Origin: Candidatus Acetothermia bacterium
GTDB taxonomy: Bacteria; Bipolaricaulota; Bipolaricaulia; M55B111
DNA: 31,346 nt
NCBI GenBank assembly: GCA_046543235.1
Contig: JBKGZT010000008.1
Span: forward strand, 1-31,346
Direction of reading: 5' to 3'
Part shown: positions 7,515 to 14,889 of the stretch, in pieces
Layout: the number at the start of each line of letters is the position of its first letter
How positions within the stretch are numbered: position 1 is the stretch's first letter
Made by a program: the position numbers and the translations under genes
Notes under the pieces: model-generated
What the model was told of the DNA's origin: nothing
Databases searched by the model: none
Seen by the model: the letters and a program-made list of their open reading frames with translations, nothing else

Positions 7515-10118
7515 ATGTTCGACAAAGTAAAAAGAGCGGTAGACTGGATCTTCGGTCAGACAAACGAACAAAAGCTATCCAAGCTCAGGGATTACGTAGA
7601 TCGGGTCAACGAACTTTCTTCGGAAATAAAGAAACTTTCTCCCGAAGAAATGAGGAGAAAGACCGATGAATTCAGGGAAAGAATCGCGGACGGGGCCGAA
7701 CTGGACGATCTGATTCCCGAGGCGTTTGCCTTGGTGAGAGAGGTAGCGGAAAGAGAAACCGGAATGCGGCCTTACGATGTCCAGATCATCGGCGCCGTCG
7801 CCTTGCATCAGAGAAGGATCGCCGAAATGGCTACCGGAGAAGGCAAGACCCTCGTCGCAACGATGCCCGCATACCTGAACGCTCTGGAGGGCCAGGTCCA
7901 TATTGCCACGGTAAACGATTACCTAGCGAGGCGGGATCGAGACTGGATGGGGCCGATTTACGAAGAACTTGGCCTGGACGTCTCCGTTATCCAGGAGAAT
8001 ATGGGGGTCGAAGCCAGAAAGGAAGCTTACGAAGCCGACGTGGTATACGGCACTGCCAACCAGTTCGGCTTCGACTACCTCAGGGATAACATGGTTCTCT
8101 CCAAGGATCAGCGCGTCGGAGCGGAACGTGACTTCGCCATAATCGACGAGATAGATAGCATACTGATAGACGAAGCGAGGACTCCATTGATAATTTCCGG
8201 GTCAACGGAGGAATCAACCAAGCTATACAAGAGATTCGCCTCCCTGGCACCCAGGTTTAAACCCGGTGAAGATTATGAACTGGACGAGAAGAACAAGTCC
8301 ATATCGCTCACGGAAAACGGGGCAAACAAGGCGGAAAACTTCTTGGATCTAGAGGACCTGTATACCCCGGAAAACATCTCCATGCTCCACCACCTAAAAA
8401 CCTCTCTGAAGGCTAAGGAATTCTTTAAGAAGGACGAGGATTACATAATAAAGGACGGGAGCATAGTACTGGTTGACGAGTTCACGGGCCGGCTGATGCC
8501 GGACAGACGACTTTCGGATGGCCTCCATCAGGCAATCGAAGCAAAGGAAGGCATGATGGTGCAAAAGGAGAATCAGACGTTTGCCCAGGTAACCCTACAA
8601 AACTTCTTCCTTCTCTATGACGGGTTGAGCGGCATGACCGGCACGGCCAAGACCGAAGAGGAGGAGTTCGAGGACATCTACGACCTGGACGTGGTCGTCG
8701 TCCCGACCAACGAACCACTTCAACGAGAACACAAGCCCGACGTCATATTCAAGACGAAGAAAGCAAAATACCGGGCCGTGGCTGACGAGGTCGAAGGTTT
8801 ACACGAGAAAGGCAGACCGGTCCTGGTCGGAACCAACGCGATAGAGAAATCGGAAAAACTCAGCGGGCTTCTCGAAGAGAGAGGGGTCCCCCACGAGGTC
8901 CTGAACGCCAAGAACCACGCCAGGGAAGCGGAAATCATCAAGGAAGCCGGGAGGAAGGGAGCAATTACGATCGCAACGAACATGGCCGGGCGCGGTACTG
9001 ACATCAAGCTCGAAAAAGGTGTAGCGGAGCTTGGAGGACTGCACGTACTGGGCACCCAGAGACACGAGAGCCGACGCATCGATAACCAGCTCAGGGGGCG
9101 TGCCGGCCGCCAGGGAGATCCCGGGTCAACCCAATTTTACCTTTCGCTCGAGGACGATCTGCTGAGGATTTTCGGGGGCGATCGAATAGAGAACCTGATG
9201 GAGAAGGCGGGTATGGAAGAAGGCGAGGCAATCGAACACCCCCTCCTGACCAAGGCTATACGCAGAGCCCAAAAGAAAGTCGAGGGTATAAACTACGAAC
9301 GGCGTAAGAACGTGTTGAAGTACGACAAGGTACTGGCACAACAACGCGAGGCAATCTACAGCCTGCGTGACCACTTCCTCCTCTCCGAAGAGGGAAGCAG
9401 TTCCTGGGCGGAAATTGACAGTTACTTAAAGCCGGTACTTCGAGATTACGTGGAGGATTTGCTTGAAGAACACGGCCTGGAAGACGGCGCCAAGGAAGCC
9501 GACCCGGAAGGGCTGGAAAAGGAGCTCTCGGAGTTTCGCAATGCTTCGTTCGATGAGGACCTTCCCGAAGGAGGCTCCAACGACTTAAAGGTTCTCGCGG
9601 AGGAGTTCGTTTTCGAGAACTGGGAAACGCAACTCAACAGGTTCAAAGAGGGGGAGGGGGTAGAACCCGAACTAATCAAGTCGGTCCTGATAAAGGTAAT
9701 AGATCGTAAATGGAGGGACCACCTTTACCTAATAGACGACCTGAAATCGGGCGTTGGGTGGTCGTCTTACGGGGGTAAAGATCCTCTCGTAGAATTCAAG
9801 CGGGAATCCTTTCGGCTATTCCAGGACATGCGGAGCGATTTGCGCCAGGAAATAGTTAACTTGCTGGTAAAAACACGTCTGGAAGTCGAAAGATCGGCCG
9901 AGAAAGTCGATTCGAGGGTCGACACCTCAAAATTCAATTTCCAGGGCGGCGAGAGCCGTGGCGGTTTGCCCGATAAGGAACCTACCGGAACCGACGGGAG
10001 CAGAAATAAGGAATCCAATCAAGGGCAAAGAATAGTAGAGGACGAACCGGGACGGAACGACCCCTGCCCGTGTGGTAGTGGAAAGAAGTATAAATACTGC
10101 TGTGGTGCGGACGACTGA
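7515..10118 (+). CDS. secA: Protein translocase ATPase SecA
   Basis: 867 aa. MATGEGKT Walker A, GFDYLRDN, IIDEIDSILIDEARTPLIISG, NMAGRGTDI, ESRRIDNQLRGRAGRQGDPG, C-terminal zinc-binding GRNDPCPCGSGKKYKYCC. Confidence 0.98.
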   Translation: MFDKVKRAVDWIFGQTNEQKLSKLRDYVDRVNELSSEIKKLSPEEMRRKTDEFRERIADGAELDDLIPEAFALVREVAERETGMRPYDVQIIGAVALHQRRIAEMATGEGKTLVATMPAYLNALEGQVHIATVNDYLARRDRDWMGPIYEELGLDVSVIQENMGVEARKEAYEADVVYGTANQFGFDYLRDNMVLSKDQRVGAERDFAIIDEIDSILIDEARTPLIISGSTEESTKLYKRFASLAPRFKPGEDYELDEKNKSISLTENGANKAENFLDLEDLYTPENISMLHHLKTSLKAKEFFKKDEDYIIKDGSIVLVDEFTGRLMPDRRLSDGLHQAIEAKEGMMVQKENQTFAQVTLQNFFLLYDGLSGMTGTAKTEEEEFEDIYDLDVVVVPTNEPLQREHKPDVIFKTKKAKYRAVADEVEGLHEKGRPVLVGTNAIEKSEKLSGLLEERGVPHEVLNAKNHAREAEIIKEAGRKGAITIATNMAGRGTDIKLEKGVAELGGLHVLGTQRHESRRIDNQLRGRAGRQGDPGSTQFYLSLEDDLLRIFGGDRIENLMEKAGMEEGEAIEHPLLTKAIRRAQKKVEGINYERRKNVLKYDKVLAQQREAIYSLRDHFLLSEEGSSSWAEIDSYLKPVLRDYVEDLLEEHGLEDGAKEADPEGLEKELSEFRNASFDEDLPEGGSNDLKVLAEEFVFENWETQLNRFKEGEGVEPELIKSVLIKVIDRKWRDHLYLIDDLKSGVGWSSYGGKDPLVEFKRESFRLFQDMRSDLRQEIVNLLVKTRLEVERSAEKVDSRVDTSKFNFQGGESRGGLPDKEPTGTDGSRNKESNQGQRIVEDEPGRNDPCPCGSGKKYKYCCGADD

Positions 10119-10288
10119 GTTTAAAAGTTCTTCAACCCGAAACTGCACTTAGTGTTCGTTCACCTCAATACTTCCACAAAATAACTTCGAGACCAAAACT
10201 TTGAATAGATGGGAAAACTGAGGTAAGAATTTTATCGTTCTTTTCCCTTTCAGGGACCAGCTATAGACCATAGTTCGTTTTGTTTCGA

Positions 10289-10316
10289 TTGATTTATCGC
10301 CCAAAAACGTTATAAT
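10289..10316 (+). promoter_or_regulatory. sigma70-type promoter driving the small peptide gene and probably the downstream gene
   Basis: TTGATT (10289-10294)-N16-TATAAT (10311-10316), a perfect -10 box. Predicted +1 near 10323. Confidence 0.6.
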
Positions 10317-10403
10317 AATCATAGACAATATTAGAGTGGAATAGAGGTAAGCTGTTTAACAAGCAAGGTCGATTAACAATATTCACAAAAGGAGGTGTTT
10401 TAG

Positions 10404-10493
10404 ATGGAACCTATAACTGCCATGGTGTTGGGTTTCTTCTGGTCCATGTGGGCAACTGCCTTTCTCTCCTTCATGGGATGCGGAATCTGCTAA
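10404..10493 (+). CDS. Unannotated 29-aa hydrophobic peptide MEPITAMVLGFFWSMWATAFLSFMGCGIC
   Basis: Below the ORF-track size cutoff. Near-perfect SD AAGGAGGTG (10389-10397), ATG at 10404, TAA at 10491-10493, upstream promoter. One membrane-length hydrophobic stretch and a terminal CxxC. Confidence 0.75.
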   Translation: MEPITAMVLGFFWSMWATAFLSFMGCGIC

Positions 10494-10535
10494 CTTTAAA
10501 CAGTTAGAGCAAGCTGCAAAAGATAGGTGATTTTC

Positions 10536-11333
10536 TTGTCGAAACGTAGAATATTAGCAATTGTGGCTATTGGGTTCTCGTTACTAATTCTTTTTACCTT
10601 TCTCGTAACGGGGGACGAGGTCTCGGGCAAGTTATCCCAGGTTATCACGAGCAGGCTTGGCCTTAGCTCAGACGTATACAGGGTCATAGAGACTGAGTAC
10701 CAGGGAGAAAGGGTTATTTTAATTGCTATATATGGAAGCGACCGGGCGCTTGATAGTTCGCTAGGGGAGGACATCAAGTCAGGACTGCAGGAAAACATGG
10801 ACGAATCACCGATAGCGTTATCCGTGCTAACCCGGAAAAAGGACGCCAAATTTCACCCTTACGCTGTGAGAGTTTTACAGGGGGATGAGAAAAAGCGTCC
10901 GAAGAACATGGTCGGAATTACGGAAGGTTTCAAGGACGGTCAGATGCCCGAGAAAGTCCCGATTGAAGATGAAGTATTCTGGGGAAGCAAGGGGATAATT
11001 ACCCTCGGGGACGGATTTGACGCCAGTTCCCCTTTTAAAGTTAAATACGGGTCTTCCAGTGCCGATTTCTCCCTAGGGGACGAGGTAATCAGGCAAGAGG
11101 AAAAAGTCACGGAGGAAAAAGAGGTAACGGAAGAAAAACCCGAAACCGGGGAATCGGGGTTGAAGGCCGCGGAACCAAAAACGGAAAGCAGAGGGGAAGA
11201 CAGTAGCTCTGACTCCGAAACCCCTTCGGATTCGGGGCAAAATTCAGCTGTCAGTGACTCCAGAACTGGACAGGGGGCCACTCTTTTAGCATCGCTGGCG
11301 ACCTTGTTATCAATTACTCTTTCGTTTTTGTAA
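10536..11333 (+). CDS. Hypothetical exported protein: signal peptide, globular domain, acidic/Ser-rich linker and hydrophobic C-terminal tail
   Basis: The ORF track starts at GTG 10527. That GTG is part of the SD AGGTGA (10525-10530), so the in-frame TTG at 10536 is the more likely start (MSKRRILAIVAIGFSLLILFTFLVTG). The protein ends ...TGQGATLLASLATLLSITLSFL. No family recognised. Confidence 0.8.
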   Translation: MSKRRILAIVAIGFSLLILFTFLVTGDEVSGKLSQVITSRLGLSSDVYRVIETEYQGERVILIAIYGSDRALDSSLGEDIKSGLQENMDESPIALSVLTRKKDAKFHPYAVRVLQGDEKKRPKNMVGITEGFKDGQMPEKVPIEDEVFWGSKGIITLGDGFDASSPFKVKYGSSSADFSLGDEVIRQEEKVTEEKEVTEEKPETGESGLKAAEPKTESRGEDSSSDSETPSDSGQNSAVSDSRTGQGATLLASLATLLSITLSFL

Positions 11334-11353
11334 GCGCACGTGCGTTTATAATT

Positions 11354-11407
11354 AAAATAAGAAAACGGGGCAGGACCAAAGAAGGTCCTGCCCCGTTACT
11401 ACTTTTC
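11354..11407. terminator. Intrinsic terminator between convergent genes (strong on the - strand for gcvH, possibly bidirectional)
   Basis: Perfect 14-bp stem AACGGGGCAGGACC (11364-11377) / GGTCCTGCCCCGTT (11384-11397). A-rich left flank gives a U-tract on the - strand; weaker T-rich right flank. Confidence 0.85.
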
Positions 11408-11426
11408 GAAAAAACCTCCGGTTTGT

Positions 11427-11813
11427 TCAAGACTCCTCTTCCACCAATTCTTCGTATTCCGTTTGGGATAACAGCGAGTCAAACTGGCCTTCATCCTTCA
11501 TATCCAGCCTAACCAGCCAACCTTCATCTCTGGGTGATTCATTGATCTTCTCAGGAGCACCTTCCAGGTCATCGTTCACTTCTTTCACTGATCCGTCTAC
11601 AGGAGCCTCTACCTCGGAAACGGACTTGACGGATTCTATAACGACCATTTCTTCCCCTTTGGAGTACTCGTCGCCGGTCTCGGGCAACTCGACGAAAACG
11701 ATATCCCCGAGCTCGTTTTGGGCGTAATCGGTTATCCCCACGCTTACCCCGTGACCTTCCTTTTCCACCCAGTCGTGATTTTCCGTATACCTTACGTTCT
11801 CTTCTTCTGCCAT
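11427..11813 (-). CDS. gcvH: Glycine cleavage system H protein (lipoyl carrier)
   Basis: 128 aa. YTENHDW, GITDYAQNELGDIVFVELP, lipoyl-Lys motif IESVKSVSE, INESPRDEGWL. SD GAGGAGGT. Confidence 0.95.
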   Translation of the reverse strand: MAEEENVRYTENHDWVEKEGHGVSVGITDYAQNELGDIVFVELPETGDEYSKGEEMVVIESVKSVSEVEAPVDGSVKEVNDDLEGAPEKINESPRDEGWLVRLDMKDEGQFDSLLSQTEYEELVEEES

Positions 11814-11968
11814 TGTACCTCCTCTTCAGTTATGATTATGATTTTTGGTAAACAGCTTTGTTCAAAATCCCATCATAAATGCCACTTCGTCCGACATTAT
11901 TTTCCTGAAACCCGGGGATCATTGCAACCTAGAACCCGATTAATTATATTTAATCGGTGAAATTTTCA

Positions 11969-12991
11969 ATGGATGCGGTAATTTTAGCTGCAGGCAAGGG
12001 AACCCGCATGGTTTCGGAAAAGCCAAAGGTACTCCACTATTTACACGGGTCCCCGCTAGTCCAGCACCTGCTCGATTCCATCGGACAAGTCTCAACCGGC
12101 AAGGTAATTTTAGTAATCGGTTACGGGGCGAACCTGGTAAAGGAAGAGCTCGAGGGTAGGAATCTGGAGTTCGTCCTCCAGGAGGAGCAAAAGGGGACGG
12201 CACATGCCCTGGAACAAGCTCGGGAGAAGATAGACTCGGACAGGTTTATCGTCTTCCCCGGCGATATGCCCCTGATTGAGGCAAATTCCATCAGGAAGTT
12301 TCTGGAGAAGTCAACGAAAAATCCGTCCAAAATCTCTCTTCTCACGGTAAAAAGAGAAGACCCAACCGGCTACGGAAGGATAAAGAGGGGAAAAGACGGG
12401 AAAATAGAGGAGATCGTCGAAGAAAAGGATGCGAGCAAGGAAGAGAAGGGGATAAAAGAAGTCAATACGGGGGTATACCTTTTCTCGAACGAAGAATTTA
12501 TCTGGTCCGAACTCCGATCGATCACTCCGGAAAATGCTCAGAACGAACTATACCTGACCGATCTAGTGGAGCGAACTTTTAACCAGGGATTTAAGATATC
12601 TTCTTTTAGGAGTAGTTCTCCCGAGGAATTCCTCGGCGTCAATACTCGCAAGGACCTGGCCAAAGCCGGTCAGGTTATCAACGAAAGGAAGCTTGACTCT
12701 CTGATGGATGGGGGCGTAACAGTGGTAGATCCAGGTAAGACGGTTGTCGAGTCTCCCGTTTCGGTAAAAAAAGATACAGTTATCAGACCTTTCACTACTC
12801 TCAGGGGAGCGACTCAGATCGGCAAAAAGGTCGACCTGGGTCCGAACCTGGAAGTACACGACGGAAAAATCGGGGATGGCGTAGATATAAGCCACTCCGT
12901 GGTCCGGAATGCGGAGGTTTCAAGCGGGCGAGAAGTCCCGCCCTTTAAAGTTTTCGGACCGGAAGATGAGTCCAGCACCGATTCTTCATAA
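11969..12991 (+). CDS. glmU: GlmU-like N-acetylglucosamine-1-phosphate uridyltransferase, C-terminally truncated (about 340 aa)
   Basis: VILAAGKGTRM...PKVLH, QKGTAHA, GDMPLI, DPTGYGRI, EVNTGVY, NAQNELYLTD, GVNTR. Only a short stub of hexapeptide repeats. Start moved to ATG 11969 behind SD GGTGA (the track uses GTG 11957). Conserved glmU-prs-rplY order. Confidence 0.88.
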   Translation: MDAVILAAGKGTRMVSEKPKVLHYLHGSPLVQHLLDSIGQVSTGKVILVIGYGANLVKEELEGRNLEFVLQEEQKGTAHALEQAREKIDSDRFIVFPGDMPLIEANSIRKFLEKSTKNPSKISLLTVKREDPTGYGRIKRGKDGKIEEIVEEKDASKEEKGIKEVNTGVYLFSNEEFIWSELRSITPENAQNELYLTDLVERTFNQGFKISSFRSSSPEEFLGVNTRKDLAKAGQVINERKLDSLMDGGVTVVDPGKTVVESPVSVKKDTVIRPFTTLRGATQIGKKVDLGPNLEVHDGKIGDGVDISHSVVRNAEVSSGREVPPFKVFGPEDESSTDSS

Positions 12992-13027
12992 AAATCAAAA
13001 GCCAAACAACCTAAAGAGGCGATCAAA

Positions 13028-13975
13028 GTGGATAATTTGAAGATCATTACGGGTAATTCCAACCGCGATCTGGCGGAAGAAATAGTCTCCTATCTGGGTA
13101 AGGAACTGACCGAAACCACTGTAGATCGGTTTCCGGACGGCGAAATTCACGTCCACGTCCAGGAGACCGTAAGAGGTGCTTCCGTATTCGTAATTCAGTC
13201 CGTAGCACCCCCGGTGAACAGAAACCTGATGGAGTTACTCTTAATGATTGATGCCTTAAAGCGTGCTTCAGCCAACCAAATAGCGGCAGTTATTCCATAT
13301 TACGGTTACGCACGACAGGACAGAAAACAGACGGGGAGAGTACCCATTAGCGCCAAGCTCGTTGCGAACTTGATATCGACCGCGGGGGCGGACCGAATAC
13401 TGACGGTTGATCTCCACGCCGGCCAAATACAGGGCTTCTTCGATATCCCTGTCGACAATTTACGGGGAGACCCCTTCCTGGCGGAGAACATAAAAAACAA
13501 GCTCTCTCCGGATAAAGGAGTGGTAGTCAGCCCCGATGTCGGAGGGGCAAAGCGGGCCAGAAAGGTCTCTCAGAAGCTAAACATGCCACTGGCCATAGTG
13601 GAAAAGAAAAGAGATAGCGAAAACGGAAACGTCGAGGTCCTCAACCTCATCGGAAACGTGGACTGTAAGAGATGCTTGATCGTGGATGACATAATAAGCA
13701 CCGGCGGCACCCTGACAGAGGTGGCCGGAATCCTGGCGGAGAGAGGGTGCAGCAGCGTAGAAGCAATCTGCACACACGGAATCTTCGCCGATGATGCCCT
13801 GGAATCAATCGAGGCCTCCCCGATTAACTCCGTAACGGTAACGAACACTATAAAGAACTCGGCCGCGGAAGAAGCGGATTTCATCAATTACACTTCAGTA
13901 GGCAACCTGTTCGCCGAGACTATCAAAAGAATATATAAGGAAAAATCGGTGTCGACTTTGTTCCCCCATTCCTAA
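13028..13975 (+). CDS. prs: Ribose-phosphate pyrophosphokinase
   Basis: 315 aa. FPDGE, PYYGYARQDRK, DLHAGQIQGFF, VSPDVGG, VDDIISTGGT. Confidence 0.97.
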   Translation: MDNLKIITGNSNRDLAEEIVSYLGKELTETTVDRFPDGEIHVHVQETVRGASVFVIQSVAPPVNRNLMELLLMIDALKRASANQIAAVIPYYGYARQDRKQTGRVPISAKLVANLISTAGADRILTVDLHAGQIQGFFDIPVDNLRGDPFLAENIKNKLSPDKGVVVSPDVGGAKRARKVSQKLNMPLAIVEKKRDSENGNVEVLNLIGNVDCKRCLIVDDIISTGGTLTEVAGILAERGCSSVEAICTHGIFADDALESIEASPINSVTVTNTIKNSAAEEADFINYTSVGNLFAETIKRIYKEKSVSTLFPHS

Positions 13976-14035
13976 TATAATTGGTAGGAGAAATCTCAAC
14001 CCAGGAATACGAAAACAAATAAAAAGGTGATATCG

Positions 14036-14770
14036 ATGAAGACGGTTCAGGCAAGCAAGAGAGAATCCTCGGAGAATCCTAATACGCTTCGGCGGAAAGG
14101 TAAACTTCCGGCGATTCTGTACGGGCCCGAGAGAGATTCAGTAAGTATAACTGTAGATAAGAAGAAGATGAGAGAGCTGTTGAATAGAGTTACCAGGAGT
14201 ACCAGACTGGAACTTTCCACTGACGACGGAACTCATAAAGTCTTCTTAAAAGACATCCAGTACGACCACCTGACCGACGAACCGGAACACGTAGACTTTT
14301 ACGAGGTTCCCGACGATTACATAGTCGAGATGGAGATTCCCGTCGTGACGGTAGGGACTCCCGAGGGCGTCAATTCGGGCGGCATTATGGACCAACTGAT
14401 GGAAACCATTACGGTCCACGGAAAAGCGACTGATATCCCTGAGATTCTCAGACTGGACGTAGAGGAGCTGGAAATCGGCGATGCAATTCACGTTTCGGAT
14501 CTGGATCTCGGAGATATCGAGATACTGACGCCGAAGGATCGGACGGTTCTTTCCATCCTTGCCCCGAGAAAGGAGATAGAGATCGATCTTACCGAACCCA
14601 CGATCGGGGAGGAACTTCTCGGCGAAGAGGAAGAAGAACTGGCCGAAGAGGAAGAAGAACTGGCCGAGGAAGAACTCGAGGAAGGAGAGGAACTGGCCGA
14701 AGGCGTGGAACCCGAAGGAGCCGAAGGGACTCCGGAAGAGGAAGGGGAAGAAGGCGCGGAAGTTGAATGA
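14036..14770 (+). CDS. rplY: 50S ribosomal protein L25/Ctc (long form) with a very acidic C-terminal tail
   Basis: LRRKGKLPAILYG, KDIQYDHL...HVDFY, GTPEGVNSGG, LEIGDAIHVSDL. ATG 14036 follows SD AGGTGA (the track uses GTG 14027). Follows prs. Confidence 0.93.
   Translation: MKTVQASKRESSENPNTLRRKGKLPAILYGPERDSVSITVDKKKMRELLNRVTRSTRLELSTDDGTHKVFLKDIQYDHLTDEPEHVDFYEVPDDYIVEMEIPVVTVGTPEGVNSGGIMDQLMETITVHGKATDIPEILRLDVEELEIGDAIHVSDLDLGDIEILTPKDRTVLSILAPRKEIEIDLTEPTIGEELLGEEEEELAEEEEELAEEELEEGEELAEGVEPEGAEGTPEEEGEEGAEVE
14624..14665 (+). repeat. Exact 21-bp tandem duplication in rplY (EEEEELA x2) with degenerate copies after it
   Basis: GAAGAGGAAGAAGAACTGGCC at 14624-14644 and 14645-14665. Confidence 0.9.
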
Positions 14771-14825
14771 TAACGACTGCATTTGCAGCTATACTGGTCC
14801 CATCGGGCCTTTGAGTAATTTACTT

Positions 14826-14855
14826 TTGAATTCGATCATTGGCTTTACGTATAAT
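14826..14855 (+). promoter_or_regulatory. sigma70-type promoter of clpC-radA-disA-punA
   Basis: TTGAAT (14826-14831)-N18-TATAAT (14850-14855), followed by SD GGAGGTGA (14877-14884). Confidence 0.6.
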
Positions 14856-14889
14856 TACTCTGGACGAGGAATCGCGGGAGGTGAGCCGA

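Noticed and set aside
10404-10493. Small ORF as a SecM/MifM-like arrest peptide or an amino-acid attenuator leader
   Set aside because: It lies downstream of secA, has no recognisable arrest motif, and is not followed by a terminator/antiterminator pair or a biosynthetic operon.
11331-11348. Palindrome TAAGCGCACGTGCGTTTA at the stop of the 10536 gene
   Set aside because: It is short, single-copy and lies between convergent genes, so no function can be supported.
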